This document shows positions 23,381 through 34,961 of a DNA stretch of 34,961 bases, in pieces. The DNA comes from Ionaspis alba (taxonomy: Eukaryota), in contig CAXUUL010000082.1 in assembly GCA_964255285.1 (NCBI GenBank), forward strand, positions 1 through 34,961. The letters are read 5' to 3'. The notes beneath the pieces were generated by a model, which was not told the DNA's origin, ran no database searches, and was given only the letters and a program-made list of their open reading frames with translations. The first letter of the stretch is position 1. The number at the start of each line of letters is the position of its first letter. Position numbers and translations under genes: made by a program.

Positions 23381-24019
23381 TCAGAACCCTGTGTCTTGTC
23401 AGCCATTGACGTTGAGCAGATCTCGGGTGAAAAGTACGCACTTAATTGAGTGAAGAACCATCTGTTCTTCCCACTGACATATCTCTCCTCCAAAGTCTTC
23501 TTCACCAGCTTCTTTGCCTCCTCCCGCTGTGACACCTCCTTAAACGTATCGTTCGTAACAGTTCCCTTCAATCCTTCCAATTCCAGGGTGTAACGTGTTG
23601 GCATCAGGTGGTTGTAATTGATAGTCTTGATGAATGGTTTAACTTTACTGCGCTTTGCCTGGCGAGCTTTTGACATGCGGCGGGTGACGGTGGATGGATA
23701 TCGTTCTATGCCTGCGACGAGGGCATGCGGGAAAGGATGAGATTTCGAGCCGGTATCTAGAGGTTGGAGGATGACGACCTGGAGAATGAAGAAATGATCA
23801 GTATACTCTGGTAAAACATATGAAGATTACTGTATCCATGTTTCCGTCGCGATTCCTGGCATTCAGAGACCGCGCATAAACGTGAGCTCAGCATACCTTC
23901 TTTCCAGCATATCTACCCCGGGTGATGATAGCTACACGACCAACTTTAAGGACTATCGCATAGAGATCAGTTGACGAACTCTCTCACTATGGTCATAGAA
24001 TGAGATACTTACACTTCAT
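23381..24019 (-). CDS. RPL27: 60S ribosomal protein eL27 (135 aa, 4 exons)
   Basis: Exons 24019-24013, 23952-23897, 23778-23442, 23388-23381 (408 nt). Introns start GTAAGT, GTATGC and GTGCGT and end in AG. Spliced protein [58 protein letters not shown]. Confidence 0.97.
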
Positions 24020-24434
24020 GGTGATTGAGATCCCTGGTAAGGTCGTTATTGCTTATCGTTATTTCGAGGTTGGAATTTGTGTGAGGCTTCAAATGTCCGT
24101 CACGCTAGCATTGGTCGATTTAGCGAATTGCACCTTCCCCGAAGCTCTGTTAGCGTATTCTCAATGTTTACCTTGCTTGCCTCATTCAGGATCCCTGTGT
24201 TTACTATCGGTTTCGACCAACTTCAAACTGCTCCACATTTGCCAGGCCTGCGAGCTTTACGACTTGTGCATCTCTGCGTGCCTCGATCTTGCTGCAATTC
24301 TACCTTCATCGCTCCACGTACGAACGAAGGCTCAGTATACTGATATGTCTGCCTCGAGCTAGTCGCATTCCAGGGCGCATTCCACACATTGCTTCGCAAC
24401 TCGGCTCAATAGGCACAAGAAGCAAGTCTTAACG
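24020..24434. promoter_or_regulatory. Compact divergent intergenic region (415 bp) between RPL27 and the large coiled-coil gene
   Basis: Lies between ATGs at 24019 (-) and 24435 (+). Confidence 0.55.
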
Positions 24435-27400
24435 ATGCCTTCAGTAGACAGAGAAGGCTCTCGCGATCGAGAGCTTGTGTTGAGGCACCAGCCTTCATTT
24501 TCGGAGTCTGGTCGATCATCTGTGCCTATGTACGCATTTCCTCCTATATGTCAATTGCGCGTCAATCGTTCCTTTGTATGAGTGAAGACGTGGACAGGCT
24601 GTTATCTTTCTGTATTATCCAATGAGGCTGACGTCGATACTGAGAAAACGTAGGTGGGACAGCTCTGACCCTGACCGCGCTCCACCGCCATTACCATTGA
24701 ATCCGGGAGGCGCATCAAGCCCGATAACAAAGCCAAACACATCCGCAAATGTAGCAGCCGCAGCAGAAGCGTTTGCAGCAAAAGCACGCGAGAACATCTA
24801 CACTACAAATCCTATGCCAGCAAAGTCTCCAGAAAGATCGTTGATTAAAGGGCAATACCACAAACGCATGCAATCACTGCAGAATCCTAACGGCAATATC
24901 AGAGACCTAAGCAATTACCTGGAGAACTCAAGGTCTCCCGAGAGATCTCCAGAGCGGCTATCTCGATCCTCGTTCGAGTACGAGAATCGGTCTCCAGATC
25001 GAAGTCCAACGCGATCGGGCACGCCTACTCCGAGTGCTAGAGACTTGGGTAAAGATCTACCGAGTCTACGTCCCACAAATCGACCTCCCCCAAAAGCTAT
25101 ACTTGGAGAGAACACACCCCAGTCAGCTACTATGCTAGCATTGCAAAACACTCCTACGCCGAAAGAAATGGATACTTCTCTCTCAAACATCACAAATGGA
25201 GCTTCTGCGCTTGTCCGGACACCACATTCCTTCGATGCGATTTCATCCCAGATATTGAGTCTCACAAGTATTGCAACAAACCTACAACGCGAGATGGCTC
25301 AATTGAGCAGGAGGAGTAAAGACAACGCCACCGATCTCGTCAGTCTCAAGGAGGCTACGAACGCCCGGGATGAGGATATCCGAAAGAGTCTTCGCGATCT
25401 AGTCACCAATCTGACAATTCCCTCCTTAGTGGACAGTAGTAGTCGGAACACCAGTCAATACGTGAGGAGCCCTGGATCTTACCTGCTAGACAACAAACCT
25501 CACGGCTCGCCTCCTAGCATGGGCAAGAGTATATCTCTTCCAAGGATACCGAGCCCTGCAAGTTTTGCTGCCTCACTAGAGCGGGATATCACAAGTTCGC
25601 CATCTCCTTTCTCCATGGACGGTGCTGCGAGTATCGCTCTGCTAGAGAAGATCCTACGAGAAATGGGAACCAAAGAGTGTCAAGATCGACTGATGTCTTC
25701 CCTCTCAGAGATAATCAGCAAGTCCACGAACAAAGACGGTGATCCCCTTGTGACGAAGAAGCTGGAGGAAATTATGAATTTCCTCAAGGACAGCTCAGAG
25801 AGTCGAGCATTAGTGACTCGAAGAGACAATGGCAATCGAGTTGGGGACAAACCTCCAAAGCTGGAGCTGGACTTCGAGCATCCTAGGTCTATGCCATTGA
25901 CACGCAACGCCAGGGACGTCACTCCGTACGGCAATGCCAGTCCTGCCACAGGAGACGACACTCGACAGCAATATTCCGGCTCAAGGGCTGCGGATTTTGT
26001 CAGCGAGGACATGCAGAAGCTGCTCAAAAGAATGAAGGACAGCATCACTGAAAGCGGTGGCCTCACGGCAGAAACCAAAACCCTTGTCCGAGAACTCCGT
26101 GGGGAAGTTCTGGGGATGGGTCGAGAAATCGGCCGCAAGTTAGACCAGGCGGAATCGACACAGAAGCAGTCAAGTTCCAGGGACGATGCTCGGGGACCTG
26201 GCAGAGAAGAGATCGCGCGAATCGTGGAAAATGGCCTGGCTGAACTGAGGGAGCACATGAATCGGGTCATGCAAGAGCGCCGACGCCAATCTTCAGCATC
26301 AGTCGTATCGCGCAGCACAGTTGACAGCCAAGAAATATACCATGCAGTCAAGACTGCATTGAGTGAAATGCCTCCTCAACACCAAGTGGCTGTTCAGCAG
26401 CCAGGGTCTGGAATCGAGCGAGAAGAAATTCTTGAGGCAGTCCGTGAGGCATGGGAGACTTACAAGCCGGAGATCGAACTGCAAAACTTTGGCCTCGAGC
26501 GCGATGAAATTCTTCAGTGTTTGAAGGAAGGACTGCAAGACCATCAATCTCAGGGAGCTTTAAAGGAGCTTGGTGGGGCTAGTTACGAGGAAGTACTAGA
26601 TGCCGTGAAGGAAGGTCTGAAGCACTTCACACCGCCTGCGCCCGTCGAGACCGAAGCAGTGATCACTCGAGAAGAGATACTCACTACTGTGCGGGAATGC
26701 TTGGAATCCTTCGACTTTCCAGTATCAACCCTCAGCCGAGATCGTGAACCAGAAATCACACGAGAGGATGTTCTCGATGCTGTCAAGGAAGGCCTGTCAA
26801 CCCAAGCGCCAATATCGCGCGAAATTGAGTTCAATCGAGACGATCTGTTTGATGCTGTCAAAGCTGGACTTGAGGGTGCTCCCACACCAATGAATGGAGT
26901 GGGCGAGCAAGTCCTAGAGAAGATGCAAGATCTCATCGAAGGTATGAGAGGTGAATTCAAACAATACTCAGCGGCCAATGGCAGGGATACCGAACAGGTC
27001 CTCGATGCCATGAAGGACGGTCTAGAGGTCCTTCGAGCAGGAATCGAGACTTACGTTGATCGCGCTGCTGATGTCACAGGCAAAGACGAGATCATTGAGA
27101 CTGTCAAGGATGGACTTGAGCACTTGAGAATTGATCTTGAAGGTACCATTGCGAGTGCGCCGCGTGCTCCTGAAAACACCAACAGCGGAGAGCTACTTGA
27201 CGCTATGGAGAAAGAGTTCGAACATCTTCGCCAAACAATAGCTACCTCAATGCTCCGAAATAGTGGCTCAACCTCTGACAAGGATGAGATTATGGACGCT
27301 CTCAGAGATGGTCTCGACGACATCAAGAGTCATACGGCACGAGCCAATACATCCGATCTGGGATCCGAGACCATAACTATCGTGAGAGAAGAGCTCGAAC

Positions 27401-30400
27401 ACCTCAGGGAAACCTTGGCGACAACCATGACTCGTGGTGGTCCATCTGTTGATCGTGAAGAGATCTTAGAGGTCATAAGAGAAGGCCTCGAGGGCGTTCG
27501 GACCAACGTTGAGCGGGACAGTGGCAGACCTGAAAGCATTCTATCCAATACCAGTGAGCTCTTGGATGCTTTCAATGAAGGCCTAGACGGTTTGAAGCTG
27601 GACATAGAAAAAATCATCAACAAACCTCTCGACATGACCGTCAATTACGAGATCCTTGACACTCTCAAGGAAGGTCTTTCGGGCGTGCGAGCTGATATAG
27701 ACCGTCTTCATACCACACAGCTTGAGCAAGAGTCAATCAGTGGCAAACGAGGTGGAGAAGTCGTGATTGCAGACGGAGAAGCAAAAAGCCTAGGCCGAAC
27801 CGATATCGAAAACCTGGAGATCATGATAACACAATTAAGAATCAAGGTAGAAGCTCTTGACAACATGCCACCGCCACCTCCTCCGACGCAGACCGGAAGC
27901 GGAGTCGGAAGAGAGGACTTTGAACGTTTGGAAGCCACACTGAGAGCAACTCAAGCGGCAGTCTCCGTGCTTTCTGAGCGTGAGCGAAATCATGACTCAA
28001 CAGCTACAAAGGATGATACCGATGCTATCGAAACTCTTCTTCGAAACACCAAAGCCAAACTCGATGAGATGATCTTCCCCGAAGCTGAAGGGATAGCGAG
28101 AACAGAGCATTTGGATGCCGTAGAAACTATCATGAGAAACACTCGAGATGCGGTTGACGACTTCGCCACTCGCCATGAGACCGAAACCGCGTCGAAAGAG
28201 GACGTTGGTGTTCTCGAAGCACTTCTCAAAGAAGTCCGAGCCGGTCTCGAGGAGATGCGGGATAAGGTTTCGGTGGATGAAGCTGGAGGAAAGATCAACA
28301 AGACCGACATCGAGGCCTTGGAGATTCTGTGTCTAGACACTAAGACACAGCTCGAGGAACTAGTTGTGCCAGCAGTCGAGCACTTGCCATCCAAGGTCGA
28401 TATCGAGGGTCTTAGTGGCATGATCAAAGGATTTCAAGAGAAGGTCGAAGCGGAGGCAGAACTCACGGCACAGGCATTCGAGTCTAGGAAAATTGAGCAT
28501 GGCGGTCTCTTCGACAAAATGGAAGATGTCAAAGGCTTTCTTGATGACATTCGACGGGAGCTTAAGTCGAAGATCGAGGGAAGCGGTCAAAGCATCGAGG
28601 TTGTAGCCAAAACTTTAGAGACCGTTGGTGCAGCCGTTGCAGCTAGCGATGCCTCGTCCTCTGTCAGAGAGCTGGCCGAATTGATCAATCGCGAGTTTGA
28701 GCGCTCCCATGGAAACCACGAAGGAACCAGACTCGAGTTGGAGCAACATCGTGACCTCGTTCTGAACAAGCACGAGGACCACAAAGCCATTATTATCGCT
28801 GACCTGAGTAGCAAGATCGATGCACGCTTCGACGAGCTCATGACGAAATACGACGATGCTCAGATTGCTGCTAATGCAAAGTCAGCTGCTCGCGCTGATA
28901 AGGATGAGCAACACACCGAAGCACTGAACGCCACACGCACAATTGCTGACGATCTTCGGATTCTTGTAGACACTCTTGGATCCACCGTTACAGAGTCTTG
29001 TGACCGCATGGGAGAGGACAGTAAGACCGTCTTCAATCGTGTCGAAGACATCGCCGCAAAAATGGAAGAGTCGACCAATAACATTACTATCGAAGGAAAA
29101 GCAGAGCATCAATTTACTCGAGCAGAAATATCCAAGACTTTAGTGGCTGTGGAAGGAGTCCAAGCACATGCTACAGAATATCATCCCAAGATCATGAATG
29201 CCATTACAGATGTACTGAACATTGTTGGACAACATTATGAACAGGCTCAGAGATCGACCGAGGAGATCAAAACCAGTGTCAATGCAATTCCTTCCGCTAT
29301 ACCTATCCCTGCTATCACAGCTCCTCATCCGTCACCATCCATAGAAGCCATACTTCCGAACGAAAAATACGACGATAAAGAAATACACGCCAAACTCGAC
29401 AGACTCGTCGAACATGCTACAGAAGCAGGCAAGTCTATAGCGCAATTTAGTTTATTGGAGCAGATTAAAGAGCAAGTCGCTGTTACTGCTGCCCAACTGA
29501 GTGCCTTTGTCGCGGTACAGCAAGCTGCCACCACAGAGACGCATGAAAACAGAGCACGAGAAGTAGAGGAAGCTTCGATCGCCCTTGAAAAGCGCATTGC
29601 ACAGAAAAAAAGCGTGGAATCAGAGATAGTCCAGCTTTCCGAGGAGAAGTCCATGCTCACCGGCTCTGTCGAAAATCTCAGAAAAGAGGAGAAAGACCTC
29701 ACCAACCTCAAATCAAGACTACAAGCAGACCTATCTAGCCTGGAGACAGCTTTGGAGATCAGGAGGGAGGAGATGCAGCTCATGGAGGCAAGAGCGGAAG
29801 GCCTAGAAAGAAGAATCCTGGAAGGAGTCCTAGATCATTCTCGCTCCCTCCTGATTACGTCTAGACCGCAATCAAGCCTTAAAGCCATGAATCTCAAGCG
29901 GGTAACCAGCACCGCCTCAAATGCCACAACCGTGACCAAGAATTCGATGGCTGGAAGTAACACGGTTGGAAGCGCAATCAGCAGCGGAGTGGGTATGGCT
30001 CTGAAGAGGAGACCACCAATTCGAAGTCCTGCTGGCAGCCAGGCAGGTACGCCTAAAGGCGACAGACGAATTCTCAGTCTCAGCACCATTGGCGCTAATA
30101 AAGGTCATGGCAATGAGAGATCAATGGTGCTTGCAAATCCGTCCTTGAATGCCAATGGAGCATCTAAAGGCAGTGCCGCGTTCGGATCTGGAGGTCTGAA
30201 GAGAAGTCACAGCGTCAAGTCCAACTTCCCTGTCCGCAAGACCAGCTGGGGCGGTACGAAACAGGTCGGGATGTATGCCGACGACCTTGAAGAAGATAAG
30301 GAAAACAGTGTGTTAGATGAAGAAGATGAAGGTGAGGGTAGTGATGGTGGAACGGAACGAAGGACTAGCTATGGAACAGAAACTGAGAGACGAACCAGCT

Positions 30401-30756
30401 ACAGTGGAACGTACACTGGGACTGGAAGCTACGGGACTGGAAGCGTGGAAGGGGACGAAGAGAGGAGAACCAGCTACGCAACCTCCACCGTGGGAACGCT
30501 CGGAGTGAAAGATGCTGAGTTTGACGAAGAAGACGACCGGTCAGTCTCTGAGGGAGAGCAGTCTGAGCAGCTTGAAAGGAGCATGGTTGGGGCTGGAGAT
30601 CAAAACCTCACCCTCTATCAAGGCGACATTTTGGCAACCAAGGACACCGGCGACCCACACGACCTTGTCTTGTATGGCTTGCCCAGCGACAGCGGCATTG
30701 GCACTGATATGCCAACAGCAGCTCTCGAAGGAGGTAGTGATTACTTCAGGAAGTAA
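24435..30756 (+). CDS. Large helical-repeat/coiled-coil protein (2065 aa, 2 exons) of unknown function
   Basis: Exon 1 24435-24529, intron 24530-24653 (GTACGC..GCTGAC..GTAG), exon 2 24654-30756; the junction reads SSVPM-WDSSDPDRAPPPLPLNP. Long acidic amphipathic repeats, a heptad coiled coil near 29550-29830 and disordered termini. No P-loop seen. Confidence 0.9.
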
Positions 30757-31143
30757 AAGATATATCAGCTCGAACTTCACGACTTTGAAGGGTGCGAGGT
30801 TCGGAGTGCGAGGAGTACACTATGATGTGTTGTCAAGTTTTTTGGCAGAGGTGTTTTATCGGCGCTCTCATACATACCGTAGTACAAGGTGACCTGCTTT
30901 CCACAGTGCATATTTAGGGGTAGTAGTACTCGAGACAAACTATGCATCTTCAACACAATTCTATCGTCCATATCATGAATCTTGAAGAATGAATGCCGGA
31001 GCGGTTTACCTTTAGTCCGACAGAATCTCGTCTCATGTAGGGCTGACAACAACAAGGGCCTGAACGAGTTGTTCTGTCCGACCATTTCTGCGAATACCCG
31101 TTATTGTTGTAATTACTGGGCCGAAGGCCAGGAACTGGTGAAG

Positions 31144-32785
31144 ATGAATCCTCAAATGCAGGCGCAATACCGCAACCTGCAACAGTCGGCACAAAGAAAT
31201 ACTCATACGTCTTCTAGGCGCGGACCCGGTAAGATTGGGCCCTAACCCAACCTCTTCTAATTTGAGCTGATGATGACGCCTCCATTCTCTAAGGCCCCAT
31301 GATTGTTGGTCACAATACTCAATCGGCTGTCTCCCATCAACAGGCGCTACAGATTCAGCAGAGACAGGAGGTCCAGACTCGCGAGATGGAAGCTGCGAAA
31401 CGACGCGCCCGGCGACCTACCGACAAGAACATACCAGAGGGCGTGGAAGACGTGATCATTGGAAATGGTGTCCAGCAATACAAAGATCTAAGGGATGTGG
31501 AGAGAAGGCTAGATGCTGTGATGATGAGGAAACGCTTAGACCTCCAAGATCCGAGGCCACAATCTCACGAGAGAACAAGAACGCTGCGGATCTGGATTTC
31601 CAATACAGCAGAAAATCAACCCTGGCAAGGCAGAGGCTTGGATGAGAACGCTTTTGATTTCTCTACGGGACTAGAAGGGACATACAAAGTTAAGATTGAG
31701 GGCCGCCTCCTGGAAAATGACGGGTCAGGTCCAACCTCGGAGGACGATCTTGTGGAACAAGATGACGATGCTATGGACTATGACAGTCAGAAGAACTCTT
31801 CTGAGAGAGCAAAGATAGCTCCCAAGCGGCAGAGGCAAAAACTTTCACACTTCTTTAAGCAGATCACGGTCGACTTCGATCGTTCCAAGAACCTCCAACC
31901 AGATGGTGTCTCACAGATAGAGTGGAAGAGGCCATCATTCCCGCCCAATATTCCTAGCCTTCCTGCCAGTGCTAACTTCGACTGCCTCGAGTTTGAAAGG
32001 AAAAGCGATGAAAATATCAACTGCACAATCAACCTCTACCGTGATGAGACACCTGAGCGTTTTGCAATAAGTAAGCCCCTGGCCGACATTGTGGATATGG
32101 AAGAGGGAACAAGAGACGCCATAATTATGGGTCTCTGGGAGTATATCAAAGCAATGAAATTACAACAGAACGACGAAAAGCGTCTCATCCAATGTGACGA
32201 TCGTTTACGAACAGTGGGTCCAGGAGGTCCGGTGCTATCGACCAAGTTCCGCTAACAGATCCTCCACAGATTTTCAAATCGGATACTGTCTTCTTTCCGC
32301 ACATGTTCGACCTGATCATATCGCACATCTCCCCGCTCCCGCCTCTGAAGCTGCCTTATACAATTCGCGTGGATCCGGAATACCATGCTTCTCCCAGCCC
32401 CACGGTTTACGACATTCTCGTGCCTGCCGAGGATTCATTGCGTGCTCAAATGCAAGCTATCACACACAGTCCAACTTATCCGGCTACGCTACAGGAGATT
32501 GCCAAGCTGGATCATCATCTGGCAACTATAGTCCAGGGTATCAACCACTCCAAGGCCAAGCATGCGTTCTTCAATAGCATGAGTAAAGACCCAGCTACCT
32601 TCATCAGGAGATGGACAAGCAGTCAGAAGAGAGATCTGGAGATCATCCTTGGAGAAGCAACTAGAGGAGCTGGTGATGATGGTATGGCCGGAGAGTTCAG
32701 GAGAGGCGGTAAAGATGGCGTTTGGGGATCGGACATGGTGAGGGAAAGTGTGGGACTCATGGTTGCCTCTGCTAGCAAACGATGA
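31144..32785 (+). CDS. ssr3: SWI/SNF and RSC complex BAF60-type subunit (Snf12/Swp73/Rsc6/Ssr3 family, SWIB domain), 506 aa, 3 exons
   Basis: Exons 31144-31228, 31294-32213, 32270-32785. Introns 31229-31293 (GTAAGA..TAAG) and 32214-32269 (GTGGGT..GCTAAC..ACAG). Motifs RRPTDKNIP, ERRLDAVMMRKRLD, LRIWISNT, SWIB LWEYIKAMKLQ..CDDRLR, and DPATFIRRWTSSQKRDL. Confidence 0.94.
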
Positions 32786-33231
32786 ATCAGTCCTGTCTAA
32801 TGTATTGCTGGTGAATGGCGCAGAACAACGGCACGGCGCCAAGAGTCGTGATACTCGCATCTCGGAGGATTTTCATGGTGAACAAAGAGCTATGATGGTA
32901 GGAGTCGGTAATTTCTTTGATTGAATGATACCCGAGACTCTATGCAGGACACTGAATCTACCTTCGATTTTCAGTCGCGATTGCCTTCTTTGTGTTCCAT
33001 CTTTGCTACTACGTCGACTCAATATGCTAATACAGTGATGGCGCTGTCAGCTCGACGTCATGAAAACACATATGTCTTATGCTAGGTGCAATTCTTCCAT
33101 GTCACGAACTATTTTCTCAGCTACTGTGAATGCGCATTCACTATTCATGAATCTTGGACTTCAAGGCCAGAATTTTGAGCCTGGCATTAAAATGTGAAAA
33201 CCATAGCGATAGCTGGAGCGACAAACCCTAC

Positions 33232-33441
33232 TGTGATGGTTGCTGCGACAACCTTTGACCGCGTTTTGATGGAGAATGGCTGTGACNNNNNNNNNNNNNN
33301 NNNNNNNNNNNNNNNNNNNNNNNNNNNNNNNNNNNNNNNNNNNNNNNNNNNNNNNNNNNNNNNNNNNNNNNNNNNNNNNNNNNNNNTGTGATGGTTGCTG
33401 CGACAACCTTTGACCGCGTTTTGATGGAGAATGGCTGTGAC
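33232..33441. other. Probable false scaffold gap: 100 N (33287-33386) flanked by an identical 55-nt overlap
   Basis: 33232-33286 is identical to 33387-33441. Confidence 0.9.
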
Positions 33442-33628
33442 TGCTCTTGTCTAATTGTAACCTTTATGATTAGGGTTTCCATCTAAACTCTCTTTCGCCT
33501 GGCCCCTCAACCGCCCTACGCCCTACAAGTGGTCACAAAAAGCCTTCGACACCACGCTTGACGACGTTCATTTTCAACATCCACCAAGCAAGTGGTCCTC
33601 AGTGCTTTAGAGCACCCGTTTGCAGATC

Positions 33629-34728
33629 ATGGCCGAAGTCGATCAAGAGGGCGTCATGGACGAACCACCCGAGTAAGTCTGTCGCATAATCCACACACGC
33701 GCACACTGACTTTCGCTATTCATAGCTTCGACATCGAACTCCCTGAGGATATTCCACTCCACAGGCTTCGTGGAAAGAAGCGTCGCATCACCAAGGATGA
33801 CGAACCATACAAGGTTGGTCGCACTTATCCAGCTCGAAGGATGAGAGCTACTATGCCTTCCAAGTAACGTCACCTATCCAAAATTCATTTAACACAATCT
33901 GGAATCTGATCTCATCGTAGGCCTCTTGTGCTTACTCCGGCTTCGATCGACGAACCTTTCCCCTTCATGAAGCTGTTCCCCGAGATCCGCAACATGATTT
34001 ATCGCTACCTGGTGGTCCAGAAGCCGGATCCGAGGTACCCAGATCGAAAGCAAGGAGTGATTACGATTCTGAATAGCCAGTACTCTGGGCCATTCCTCTT
34101 CTGTGAGACAAACATATTCACTGTCAGTCGCCAAGTTCATGCCGAGGCTTCGAGTATTTTCTACGGTGAAAACACGATCGTCTTGGATCTTTCCTCCTGG
34201 TACACCCCGCTGAACATGACCTTTCGTATGGACAAAAGTTCAGGTGGACGCCGCAGTCTCCGCAGTGGACGTTCTGTCGACACAACGGTTTACTCTGGAC
34301 TGATCTATCCTCATGTCATCAGGCGCTTTCAGAACATTCAACTGACCCACGACTCGTACGACTGCTCCGAAGCTATCCTTCAATACGGCTACTACAAGTC
34401 CACTGGTCTGCCAAACTGCTTGCACAACATTTCGGTGTATTTAACTGAGAACCCCAAGAAAAAGATGCCCAAGCAAGAAAATAAGCCCTCCATCTCGATC
34501 GAGATGGTCCGCCGTTGTGGTTATGGATCTCAAACACATGTTCCACCAGCGAGTTCTGCCTGGAAAGCCCAGGTAGCTAAGTGGTTCCAGGAACCTGTCG
34601 TCGAGGATATTCTGCACGAGTTTCTCAAGACGCGAACCATCAGCATAATAGCCGTGGATCTGGATCCTGAAGACTTGAAGCGCATTCGCGATGCACTCTC
34701 CAAGCATTCCATAACTATCGAGGCTTGA
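33629..34728 (+). CDS. F-box-like (2EXR/DUF7730-type) fungal protein, 329 aa, 3 exons
   Basis: Exons 33629-33672, 33726-33863, 33921-34728. Introns 33673-33725 (GTAAGT..ACTGAC..ATAG) and 33864-33920 (GTAACG..CTGAT..GTAG); the 990-nt total is in frame. Family-type motifs FPFMKLFPEIRNMIYRYLV and VSRQVHAEASSIFYGEN. Confidence 0.78.
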
Positions 34729-34961
34729 TGTTCCATTAGTGGAAGTTTGTGGCAGGTATGCTGACTTGCGAGCTGGCTATCTTTCAGGTTCCACATTGAG
34801 CGATCAAACAATATTGTGGTCCTTTACTGACAGCGTGGGATGTTGGTCTATTTCGGAGACAGTTTGGGGGCATCTCACGAAGCATCTGTATGTAATTTCT
34901 GTCTGCAGCATCGGTCACGTCACCACTGTAGCACATAGTGCACAATTGAGCAAGAATCGAC

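Noticed and set aside
23779..23896. Intronic snoRNA in the longer RPL27 intron
   Set aside because: No RUGAUGA C box paired with a terminal CUGA, and no convincing H/ACA architecture.
24915..30108. Series of long antisense ORFs opposite the large coiled-coil gene (and opposite other CDSs)
   Set aside because: They are Ser/Arg-rich shadows produced by sense-strand codon usage, with no independent features.
33468..33480. TTAGGGTT as a telomere repeat or telomerase RNA template
   Set aside because: A single 8-nt match with no tandem array, and it is not the 9-nt TAACCCTAA template. The intergenic space is short for a Pezizomycotina telomerase RNA.

Overview
Gene-dense window from a filamentous ascomycete (Pezizomycotina). 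Short 50-125 nt GT..AG introns, mostly with CTRAC/CTRAT-like branch sites, support this; a lichen-forming lineage is possible but cannot be shown from this sequence. It is a draft scaffold with five 100-N gaps, two of which look like overlap artefacts. I reconstructed 13 protein-coding genes by hand, splicing the ORF fragments together. In order: (-) fungal NLR (HeLo-like/SesA-type N-terminus, NACHT, ankyrin repeats); (+) small LEA-like 11-mer-repeat protein; the head-to-head galactofuranose pair glfB/ugtA (-) and glfA/ugmA (+); (-) a 719-aa disordered protein with a Cdc26/Hcn1-like N-terminus; (+) PDK1/Pkh/Ksg1 kinase; (-) cytosine-deaminase-fold amidohydrolase with altered catalytic residues; (-) SDR oxidoreductase; (-) hypothetical protein; (-) possible orphan membrane protein; (-) RPL27; (+) ~2065-aa helical-repeat/coiled-coil protein; (+) SWI/SNF-RSC BAF60-type subunit; (+) F-box-like (2EXR/DUF7730-type) protein. 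No tRNA, rRNA, CRISPR array or transposon was recognised. Best leads: a possible long APC/C-binding Cdc26-like protein carrying degron-like motifs, a deaminase lacking the canonical Glu and Asp, the NLR, and a recurring C-rich to G-rich switch within genes.
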